A stretch of 56,498 nt of DNA, filler included, from Piptocephalis cylindrospora (taxonomy: Eukaryota): the NCBI GenBank assembly GCA_003614145.1. It is 2 parts of 2 records of this genome, joined end to end, with 100 filler letters (N's around TTAATTAATTAA, not from the genome) between each part and the next. Parts side by side here need not be neighbours in the genome. Positions count along the whole stretch, not along the records: positions 1 to 28,211 come from KZ987762.1; 1 more part is not named here. The stretch is one strand, 5' to 3'. The notes beneath the pieces were generated by a model. It saw only the letters and a program-made list of their open reading frames with translations, was not told the DNA's origin and did no database searches. Position numbers and translations under genes: made by a program. Of this stretch, positions 12,337 through 21,852 are shown piece by piece. Each line of letters begins with the position of its first letter. Within the stretch, counting starts at the first letter, position 1.

Positions 12337-12570
12337 TTACACAGAAGTGTCCTCCCTGGTACTTGACTTCGTCTCTGTTAACAAGGGGTTGATGGAACCA
12401 GTACGAGTATCAACATCAGCTTTTACCATACCATCAGATGATTCACTAGTGTCTACTTGGACATCTTGACGATTCGCCCCGGAATCCCCTTGTTTATCCG
12501 GGACTAGGGCCGAGGCGGTAATGGACACGGGGACCATGATCAGATCTAGAGCAGTGAGTGAGGAGAGTAT
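12337..12570 (-). pseudogene. Decayed third copy of the secreted peptide gene (ATG>ATA)
   Basis: ILSSLTALDLIMVPVSITASALVPDK aligns codon for codon with MRTSLFVLALTMVLVAAVSSAPMSDE. There is no in-frame ATG before the upstream stop, and Asp/Pro substitutions lie in the h-region. Confidence 0.6.
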
Positions 12571-14548
12571 GGTTGATTTGAATTGATGTATTGACAGGAA
12601 GAGAGGCTAGCTCGAGAGGCCTAGCTTAGAGTGAATAGGGATGAGAATATAAGGCTGATGTGCTGCTGCCGGTTTGAAGATTGAGAAACGTATCCTCTAT
12701 AAAGTAATCCTACTTTCATTGTCCCTACTGTGATGAGTAGGTGTGCCTATCAAGAACACACCCCATTGCTACATCAAGGAGAGCGCCTATCCTGAGAAAT
12801 GGGTATGTGTTGTGCTGGGACCTTCCAGGCTCTAGGTATGAAAGCCCTTCATGTTTCTTTCTAGGTTTCATAGATACTGAATAGACTGTAGCTTGTTCAA
12901 AGAGGGTTACTCCAATACATCATATGATTCCTTTATTGCCTCCATGATCCAGAGAGAGGTAGTTTGATGGATCATAACGTAGTGTAGCATTGTTTTTTCC
13001 ATTCTACAAGACGCATAGACCAGATTGAGTGGGTCAGTATACTTTGATTATCTGGGACCTTTATCTGTAAATTGGGATTGGTTTCGAATGCAGATCCATC
13101 TGGACAGGTTCTACTCATGCATGGGGGATGAAAGGAAGTTGGATCATATCGCGATCAGATGAATAAAGACTCAAAGTATCCATTGGTGAGAGTACTTTAC
13201 TTTGAACGCGAGAGTATAGGTATCCTTTACCTCCAAGGTACCCTTGCCGCAACCCTAAGCAGCATGAATGATGTTTTGTAATGTCACCTGTCATTCTTAA
13301 AGGGCTTGCAGTCAATTGTGTGCTTTAGATCCGGTCAGTATATCGTGATTGATTAGTATAAGGACTGGAAATAGTGGATCCCGGGGTCCGTGACTAGTCG
13401 TGGCCAATAATCTCCTTCCGACTGGTTCAATAATATATATCTTGTTAACAATAACTTATCCAGCCTTCAAAGCATTTATAGTGCGGCGTGGGAAAGGAAA
13501 GATTTCAAATCAATTAACAATGGTATAGGGGCCAGGGATATGGCTTTTATGAATGCTTTTCCAATGGATTGTGCGAGTGGTATTGTGTTTTGGCATTTGG
13601 AAGGGAAATGGTGATCAAGAAGGGCTTTAGCACGAGAATGTTCCAGAGTGAGTTAGAAGGAAAAAAAAAGAAAAAGGTGAAATGTATTGGGGGCAAAGCT
13701 GCCTCTTCTTATTCCAGGGAAGGCTCAAGAGGAATGGGCTTGGAGCCCAACCTGAGGCATCTCTCCGTCTTTTCAGCCTCTACGTCTGTTACACTTGTCT
13801 TTGACCTATGATTCCGATGGTCCATGGGCTAGGTATCAGAAGAGTTTGAGGGCCAGGAAAACATATCGTTATTGACAGCTACAGTAGGTCTTCCGAGGAT
13901 GATGGTATCTTTCGTTCAGCGGCCCAGGATCTTGGATACATGTAGTGATAACCGACTATTACAATCAATCAAAGGATGTGTCCTCTCCAGTACATTGGGC
14001 TCTTCATGCCGCCACCTCCATCTATTGAATTTAGGGAGATACAGCCCTAAATTGAGCTATGTAGTTGCTTTCCCCGCACTCACGAGTAAAGAAAATGATC
14101 TTTGTCATTGTAGATACAATCTTAGACACATGATAAATAGCAAATAAGCGTTCTTGCACAAACACTGACCACCTCCCCACACCAAGATCTCGCAGTGCCC
14201 TTATCTTCTCTCCCCTGAACAACATCAAACTCAGCTGGTGTACCTACCTGTGCTTACCTGTACTTAAGAGGGAAAAAAGTCACTGTCTTTCTCTCCCCTC
14301 TTTAAAGCCTAGTCCACATTTTGTTCCTCCAGTCGTCCCCATCCTTCTTTCCTCTCTCGCTCTCTATCCTCTTTCCACTCAGTCATCCTCCAATCTCCAC
14401 CGCCGATTGACCTTTTTCTTTTCTGCATTGACGCATCCACAACGCCTTCATCTCTTTTTCTCGCTTCTTTTGAACGACACCCCTCTCTCCATCCCCCTTC
14501 GATACGTCTACTCTCCCGCTCCTCCCGCCTCATTCCTGATCCGTCAAT

Positions 14549-16537
14549 ATGGGTGAAGATACGATCAAGTCCTCCCAAGCCGCATCCATGGGCGCAGCCC
14601 AGGATTCAAAGACTCCTCCTCATACCCCTATTGCCCCGTGCTTTTTCTTTCAACGAGGAACGTGCCTCTCGGGGAGCCAGTGCACCTTTCGTCACACGCT
14701 GCTCCCATCCAAGGGCAAGGATCCTTCCAGGAAGGCTCATGCTGGAGGGAAAAATCAGAAAAATTCCAAGAGAAAGACGAAAACTAAAAGCATGGGACAA
14801 AACCACCCGAATGGGGGTTCACAGGACTTGACAGAGTCCAGTACCGGAAAGCCAAAGGCAGCACCTACCCGTCGTTCTATCCCATCTGATCCAAAATCCT
14901 CGATGGATATAAAGCACGAATCAAGGACCCAGGGGGCTAAAGGGAGAAACAGCGCTAGCAAAGAAAGGCCCCTTCCTGCTCCGCTTCCAACCTCAGATAT
15001 CCAGTCCACCGTAGGGATCAAGGAGGGAAAATTCTCCAAGGCCGGGAAATCGACTCGTCGATGCTATCTCTTCCAAAAGGGTCGATGCGTTCATGGGGAT
15101 CGGTGTAGATATGCCCATGTTACTCATACTCCCTCCACTTCCGTCCCTTCCTCCCCCGTCCCTCGGGAATTTCAACCTCATCCATCCTCCCCCATTCTTC
15201 GGGAGTTTCAACCCCATCCTTCCTCCCCCATTCTTCGAGAATTTCAGTCTAATCTTTCCTCTCCTCATCGAAAACTATCCACTCAGTCCATGGAATTGCC
15301 CTTCCGTGAATCCAAAGGAAAGGCTGGGAGCCCTGTTGGAGGAGGCAGGGAAAATAGGAAGAGACATGGGGGACTGGACAATCAAGGGTCTAGTCAACCC
15401 AACTCCCCTAGTACTCTATGCCCTCCTGCAGGACCCACGGGGGTTCGAAAGGGCTCGTATGACTCTAGGGTCGATGCCTTATTTGGACATCAGCATCCCC
15501 CTTCCTCCTTTGACTCTCCATCATACTCTTATTACTCTGCCTCTTCTGCTGCCACTTGCTCCACCCTAGACTCGTCTGATTCACTCTCGTATACGTCCTC
15601 ATCCTCCTCTTCCATATCTTCGACCTCCTCGGAGGCCTTTGCCTCGGCCTCCTCCTCCTCCCCTTCCACTCCCTCTAACTTGCCTGAAGGATGGCCGGAG
15701 GAATGGAAGGCCTATGGGGAACCCGCTCACCATATTCCCTTTGCCCTCACCGCCACATACCAACATCTCATGTCCGAGGAGGATGATCGGGGGGCGGAAG
15801 AGGTTGTCCCCATCTACCCTCTCTCCTCCTCTGAGCCCAAGAGCGACGGTCAATGGAATGGGATAAGGGCTGGGTGCGAAGAGGATCATCCGGGCGGAAT
15901 CGATCCCTGGAGGAGACGCCCCTCTCAAGGCCCCAACCTTCAAGCAGTCTCCGAGGGCGAGGCCCTACTTCTCATGCACGATTCTCTCCCTCATTCCCCA
16001 GAGATGCAACGGCATGCCCGTGTTGTCCTACAGCAGGGCACCGACACGTTTCCTCGGGGGTCCAGATCTTCCCCTCGATCTCAGAACCGTGCAATAGGCT
16101 CCAAATCTGTCGGAGGCAAAGGAAAGGGAAGGCCCCGGGGAGAGGATGTTTCCTATCAGGGTACCTCCCACTCTACCCCCCCATATCCTTACTCTCATCT
16201 ACCCCCTTCCCTATCCCATCCTCCTTCCCCAGATTTTTTTGTTGATTGTCATCATGCCCTCCCCATGCGGGATGCGGAGGAAGGCGGTGGGCCCTCTTTG
16301 GGCCCCAAACCTCATCTTCACGATGTTCTCACTTCGGCACAACAGCTTCTCTGGGAACTAGAGGCCCTGAGTCAACGGGAACCCTGGAAAAAGGAGACGG
16401 GCACGGCCATGCACCGTCTAGCCCTTGCCACTGATCGTCTCATTGGGGATGTGTCATCCTTGGAACAACGGTGTGAGGAGCAACAGGGGTATATTCTTGC
16501 TCTTGAACGGTTGCTCTCTCGGGATCGGATGGATTAG
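14549..16537 (+). CDS. CCCH zinc-finger protein (2 separated fingers, low-complexity body, C-terminal coiled coil)
   Basis: CFFFQRGTCLSGSQCTFRH and CYLFQKGRCVHGDRCRYAH (C-x7-C-x5-C-x3-H) within an uninterrupted 662-aa ORF. Confidence 0.8.
   Translation: MGEDTIKSSQAASMGAAQDSKTPPHTPIAPCFFFQRGTCLSGSQCTFRHTLLPSKGKDPSRKAHAGGKNQKNSKRKTKTKSMGQNHPNGGSQDLTESSTGKPKAAPTRRSIPSDPKSSMDIKHESRTQGAKGRNSASKERPLPAPLPTSDIQSTVGIKEGKFSKAGKSTRRCYLFQKGRCVHGDRCRYAHVTHTPSTSVPSSPVPREFQPHPSSPILREFQPHPSSPILREFQSNLSSPHRKLSTQSMELPFRESKGKAGSPVGGGRENRKRHGGLDNQGSSQPNSPSTLCPPAGPTGVRKGSYDSRVDALFGHQHPPSSFDSPSYSYYSASSAATCSTLDSSDSLSYTSSSSSSISSTSSEAFASASSSSPSTPSNLPEGWPEEWKAYGEPAHHIPFALTATYQHLMSEEDDRGAEEVVPIYPLSSSEPKSDGQWNGIRAGCEEDHPGGIDPWRRRPSQGPNLQAVSEGEALLLMHDSLPHSPEMQRHARVVLQQGTDTFPRGSRSSPRSQNRAIGSKSVGGKGKGRPRGEDVSYQGTSHSTPPYPYSHLPPSLSHPPSPDFFVDCHHALPMRDAEEGGGPSLGPKPHLHDVLTSAQQLLWELEALSQREPWKKETGTAMHRLALATDRLIGDVSSLEQRCEEQQGYILALERLLSRDRMD
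15149..15268 (+). repeat. 36-bp coding tandem repeat x3.3 (SSPILREFQPHP)
   Basis: Units start at 15149, 15185 and 15221, with a partial unit at 15257. Confidence 0.85.
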
Positions 16538-16565
16538 TCTCCTTTCCTCTCTCTCTCTCTTTCTT

Positions 16566-16567
<2 letters not shown>

Positions 16568-16595
<28 letters not shown>
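16568..16595. repeat. (TG)n microsatellite preceded by a (TC)n tract
   Basis: Direct reading. Confidence 0.9.
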
Positions 16596-16596
<1 letters not shown>

Positions 16597-17625
16597 CAAG
16601 TGACCGGTCATGTACATACTAAACATGATCCATACTCTTCATTTTCATCGTCATTTTTACCGTTTTATTGTATGATAAGATATGAATAATTCTTACCGAG
16701 GAGCACTCTACCTCTATCTGGCAGATTTCTACCGCCATGGGGATGGGGGCTTCCCATTCCACTTTGAGTAGGTTGGATCTCCGCTCCCTCTCCTCACCAT
16801 CCCTCACATGAGCAGCATGGCACTCTTGGCAGTGCACGTGAGCACTTTGACAAGAAGATTTGCAAGTCCGATGGCCACATTCGTGCGAAGTCTTATTATT
16901 CAATTGATCTTATTGGATCGTTTGCATTCTGTTCATCTAAAGAGAAGATGGACTGGGGACTTGAGTGAGTTAAGGCTGACTAGGATCTTTCTTTAGAACG
17001 ACCTTGTTCTCTCCTCGACTTTGATTTAACATTCCCTCCTCTCTCTCTCCCACACACACATACTCCGACAGCCTATCCATTATGCCTTGCTCATACGACA
17101 CACAGATGTCAGCGACGATGAGGTGGTGGCTCCTCGCCCGTCCCCTGTAAGTGTCCTCAAGATGAGGGCTGAGGAGGTGGGGGACGATGATTCTCACACG
17201 ATCATACCACTCGACTATGAGGGGCGAGCCCAGCCCTCCCTCCCCCCCCCCAATTGACCCCTTTCGCCTCGCTCTCGCCCTCTTTCCACGCTATACGAAA
17301 TGGCTCCGCTTCCTTTGAACCCTTTCCCGTACCTTCGTCTGTCCGACCAGCCCCGTCCCAGAAACACTTTCCCAGCCCCGGCTTCAAGGCAAGTCGGGCC
17401 GCTCTGCATACTCGCTCGACCTTATTCTGTGTTGTCTATCCTCCTCTCTTCTTCTTCTTCTTTCCACCTTCCTCCTCTCTCCTTCCTCTCACTTGCTCCC
17501 TGTGTTCCCGCTGTTTATCGCAAAGACAAAAATTATCTTCCTTTACCCTACCTGAACATACCTTGCTTCCTATTCCTCTTGCCTTCCAACTCCCCTCATC
17601 CCTGCTAGACACTACTCGCCTGTAC

Positions 17626-19731
17626 ATGTCCGATACAGACTTGGCCCCCTCCGCCCCCTCCTCATCCCTTTCGCCCTCCGAGGAGGCCCCCATATCCAAG
17701 GTACAACGTGGGTCTTCCCAACTGTCTGCCTCCCCAGCTTCCAATGCTCAGCTAGCCGCTCAAGTCAAAGGTAGCCTTTTTTTAATTTCCCTCCTCTTCC
17801 GCTCCCTCCTCCACGCTCATTCATCCCTTCTTCCTGCAGCTGGATCGGTCAGTAATATCCCATGCAAATTTTTTCGGAATGGAAAGTGCCAGGCCGGATC
17901 CAACTGTGTCTTTTCCCATCTGGGCCCCACCGATGAACGATGCAAGTACTTCCTAAAAGGCCAGTGTAAATTTGGACGTCGGTGTGCCCTCATGCACGAC
18001 TTTGAGGAGCGGAGGGCAAGACTCCGTCGTGGAAATCCTTCGCTTCCCTCCCAGGCTCAGCCTGGGGCTCTAGGAACCAAGTGGTCAGGCACTGTCCCTC
18101 AGAATGGCCAGATGGACGGGAGATGGCCATCTCAATCCTACATGTCCATGTACCCTCATCCCATCCCCCAGGCCCATGATTATCCCTCCCAAGGAGGGCG
18201 AAGTCTATATCATGGTTTGTCCCAGAACGGGGATTACTCCCTGGTTTACCCCAATGTCCCTTCTGGTTCTACGCACGCCTTGCCCATCCACCCCTCCTCG
18301 GCTCTTCCCGAGTACTGGCCCAATCCTTCCATGTCCATGTCCATGTCCATCCCACCTCCGCCTCCTCCACTCCAATCCTCCAGTACCCTGCCTAATGCTC
18401 CCTTTTATGGTGTGAACGCCTCTTCCGATCCGGCTGGTATTGCCCCTATCCATCCACATGAAAAGAGGGAGGAGGATGAGGATGAGCATCTGCTGGATTC
18501 CTTGGTTTTTCCTCCCCCAGCCACCTCCTCACCCTCACCGTCTATCCACTCTTCCCCCTCCTTCTCCCCCTCCTTACCCTCCCTATCTACCCCTTCCCCT
18601 GTTCTCATGGCCCATCATCGACTTCCCATCCCGGCCAGATCCTCTTCCGTCATTACAAGGCCCCGATGGCAGGAGCATTCCTGGGAGGAAGAGGATGGTG
18701 TTAATGGAGGGAGTAGTCAGCCGATAAGGAATGATGAAGGAAACGACTCCCATTCTCATCTCAGACCACAGCACAAGCTAGTATCCCCATCTTCCTCCAG
18801 AAATCAACATGGAGGATCTCCTTTGAGTGGGATTATGGCTCAAAGGGGGCCCCAGATTGATCCTCCAGGGTATACTGGGCGTCTCACCGGCTCCCTCACC
18901 TCCCACCCCAGTCTGGCTCCTTGGAGCTCCCGGACAAGGGCATTGAGTGATGGGGAGTATGCGTATAGTCTGGGCCAATCCCCCCTATCCTCCTTTCTCT
19001 CCCCTGCCGCCTCTTCCCCGGGTCGTCCCATCGGTCGGGTAGAGGAGTCTGAAGGGGATGGAGAGGAAAAAGGAGATTCCAGGGAGGAAGGAAAAGGCGT
19101 GATTGGGGATGAGGGGCTCCTACTTCCAAGCTCCTTGGATGAACTCTTGACCCCCGAAGAGCTGGAGAGGACACGGAGGGCTCGAGAGGGTGGGAAGCAT
19201 GGAGTGATCCCGTTTACCGTAGGCTCCCCTCCATCCCATTCCTTTCCCTCCCTTTCCTCGGTCTCCACCGCCTCTTACTCCCCTTCCCTCTCTCCAAGCG
19301 ATTCGGGCTTACGGGGCATGAATCGACAAGCCTTTAGTCATGCCTACTCCCAAAGCAGAGATGATGCCCCCATCCCCTCATCCTCCCCTCAACCCCAGTC
19401 CTGGTCCATTAACCCCCGGACACGTCATTCCACCCTCGCTTCCCTAGGGGCCACCGCCTCCATCACTCGTCATCCTGTTCAAGGTGTCGGGATGGGTAGG
19501 AACCGGGGGGTGAGCATGCCCAGCTATTCTCTCGACAAGTACTATGCCCTTGCCATGACCCTTCGGGAGGGGGAAGATGAGAGGGAAGAGGAGGAGATCA
19601 ATGGGGTGGATGGAGAGGAGGAGGAGGAAGAGGGCGAGGAGGAGGGGGTGACCACTCAGTTCACCATGGATGGCTTTCATGGAGCTTCTGAAGTACCCCC
19701 CACCCCCAACGGGTATTTCTCTGGGTTTTAG
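17626..19731 (+). CDS. Tandem CCCH zinc-finger protein, Cps3/Scp3/Lee1-like; probable intron 17771-17839
   Basis: NIPCKFFRNGKCQAGSNCVFSH and CKYFLKGQCKFGRRCALMH; family-typical LPSSLDELLTPEE motif; acidic C-terminus. Confidence 0.82.
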   Translation: MSDTDLAPSAPSSSLSPSEEAPISKVQRGSSQLSASPASNAQLAAQVKGSLFLISLLFRSLLHAHSSLLPAAGSVSNIPCKFFRNGKCQAGSNCVFSHLGPTDERCKYFLKGQCKFGRRCALMHDFEERRARLRRGNPSLPSQAQPGALGTKWSGTVPQNGQMDGRWPSQSYMSMYPHPIPQAHDYPSQGGRSLYHGLSQNGDYSLVYPNVPSGSTHALPIHPSSALPEYWPNPSMSMSMSIPPPPPPLQSSSTLPNAPFYGVNASSDPAGIAPIHPHEKREEDEDEHLLDSLVFPPPATSSPSPSIHSSPSFSPSLPSLSTPSPVLMAHHRLPIPARSSSVITRPRWQEHSWEEEDGVNGGSSQPIRNDEGNDSHSHLRPQHKLVSPSSSRNQHGGSPLSGIMAQRGPQIDPPGYTGRLTGSLTSHPSLAPWSSRTRALSDGEYAYSLGQSPLSSFLSPAASSPGRPIGRVEESEGDGEEKGDSREEGKGVIGDEGLLLPSSLDELLTPEELERTRRAREGGKHGVIPFTVGSPPSHSFPSLSSVSTASYSPSLSPSDSGLRGMNRQAFSHAYSQSRDDAPIPSSSPQPQSWSINPRTRHSTLASLGATASITRHPVQGVGMGRNRGVSMPSYSLDKYYALAMTLREGEDEREEEEINGVDGEEEEEEGEEEGVTTQFTMDGFHGASEVPPTPNGYFSGF

Positions 19732-19980
19732 GATGGATCAATGAGGATGAAGATGGAAAAAATATGTAGTAAGGGTGCAGTCTGATTCTGCGGGGGGAAA
19801 GGATGGAGATGGTCAAGTTGAATCAGGGTCCATTCCTCTCTCTTTACACTGTCTCTTCAATGCAACTTTGTTTATTAGTCGTCCATTGCTTTACCCCATA
19901 GTTCACCCCTCTATCCCGCACCCCATCCTTTCATCTACGTTCCTCTCAAGAAGCTGATCGAGAAAGCGGCTTGGTATGAA

Positions 19981-20769
19981 TCACCTCATCCGTTGGCTCA
20001 TATCCCCCTTCCTTGGTGGGATCATGCATGGCACGCATGAATTCTTCCTTATTGACTATGGATGGGTCGTGGGCGTCAGTTTATACACGTTCCCCACGTT
20101 CAAAAGAGAATGGCCTACTCATTCCATCCCGGTCCACGTCAAATTCATCCATCATCGCGGCTATCTCATCATTCGACACAACCACCCCAAGTTCATTGGC
20201 CACACGACGTAGATCCATGTCGGTTACCCCACATTGCTGATCACTGCCAGTGAAGAGTCGAAAGGCCGTTTGATGCACATTGACGGGGCTTCGTCGAAGG
20301 AGCCGACGCCTCGCTACTCTCATATGGATATGGGGGGACATGTGAGCGGAATCGAGTGGGAAGCATGAGAGATCAAGACGGAAGCACTTACCCTCAGGGA
20401 GATAATCTTCTCGAGTGGCAATCTGGGTTCCATAGGGAGATTTCGTCCGTAAGAGCACATTCAGCTCCTTTCGACTCAATTCCTCCCCAACCGCACGGAA
20501 TGCTCCCTAAAGCATAAAAGGAGAAGTCGTCAATCCTGACAGTCACAGCCCCATCCACTTTGCAAGAGACTTACGCGCAACTCGTAGAAATCCACACAAC
20601 CATCTCCATCCGAGTCAAATAGGTCAAATGCCTCGGCAATCTCTCCCTCCTCTTCCACGCTTAGGATGTCTCTGGACCCTGTGCCCAGGAAGGAGGAGGA
20701 AGAGAAGGAGGAGGGGGAAGGGGACCTATCCTTGGGCGCCGACGTGGTAGAATGCATCGTTGGGGGCAT
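19981..20769 (-). CDS. CDC31: Centrin (Cdc31/centrin-3 type EF-hand protein); 3 introns (about 20574-20507, 20391-20314, 20118-20056)
   Basis: EIAEAFDLFDSDGDGCVDFYELR, DLRRVANELG and AMMDEFDVDRDGMINKEEF after splicing. EF1 and EF4 are canonical; EF2 and EF3 are degenerate. Confidence 0.85.
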
Positions 20770-21852
20770 GGTGGAGCTAGAAGTGGGAGGAAAAGTACAC
20801 GATGTGGGTGGGGGTGGGGCTTGGGATAAAGAAGGGCAAGGACAAAAGGCACTGAGAGTTTGAGGGCACAGACAGAGTGGGGGTGAGAGAGGAGGAAAAG
20901 GAGGTAGGAGGATGAACTCGAGGTAGCCTGGCCCCTTTTTCTATCTGACCATTTTATGACCTTGAACACAAAGCCAATGAGATCGGGGTGCCGCGAGGAT
21001 GGCGGTCCCTACTCCCTCTCTCGGTGTGGGGCAAAGAATTGGCTCGCTGGGACCGGTTTTTCTATTCCATCCCACTTAATAAATGGAGATGAGAGGATGA
21101 AATTCAAGGCGAGTCTGTACAAGAGGTCCTTTGCTGCACTCCCTATCTCAGTCTCATTTCTCATTTAGACCATTTTTTGATGCAGGTATCACGGGATAAG
21201 GGTGGGGAGATCCCTTTGTCCTCCCATATATTAATATTCTCTATCCTGTCCAGAGCAAGGAATGGTCATTCCCCTGGGCTAAGGGGTTCCAGCGGGTCAT
21301 CATGTCGAGAGCAAGTACCCCAGTATATATGCTCACGACCTTATCACGGTATATACACATGGATGCGGGATGATGCCTGTGGTTGGCTGGTTACGCGATA
21401 AAAAAAGGGAAGGCATTCAACGAGACGATGTGAATGGGGGCATGGGAGATGAGCGTGATGATCCCCAGTGGATCCCAATCGTCCCTTACTCCATGGGGAG
21501 GGTGGTTACAGAACCTGCACCTCATCGGTGATGGTGGTGGTCCGTGAGGTGCATTCATCGACCCATGACCTGACTGTGTCAAGAGGATAATGAGCTCTAT
21601 TCAGTCATACTTTCTGATTGAGGGATGGAGAGAAACATGGATGTCTTCCATACTGGTCTATTATTATGACCAAGTAGGACCAAAAAATGGATAGTCCCCC
21701 GTACGAACGAATAGCGCCCCGATCATGAATCACACAATCATTGTGAGGGGATGGGTTTGAATGGGTGTATTTGTTTTGATTATGTGTCATCTCCCTAAGC
21801 TAATCTGAGAGGTAATGGCACCTCTCTTCCTCCTTCACACCCATCGCGTATT

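Larger units (their letters stand above)
9500..12375. repeat. Tandem duplication, unit about 1.45 kb, containing a 576-bp identical block (9960-10535 = 11413-11988)
   Basis: Direct comparison gives a constant offset of 1453. Flanks 9540-9790/11000-11250 and 10540-10870/11990-12375 are homologous but clearly diverged. Confidence 0.92.

Noticed and set aside
17254..17625. TTG-initiated 124-aa extension of the Cps3-like ORF
   Set aside because: A CT-rich leader without stops is common in this genome; the first ATG is at 17626.
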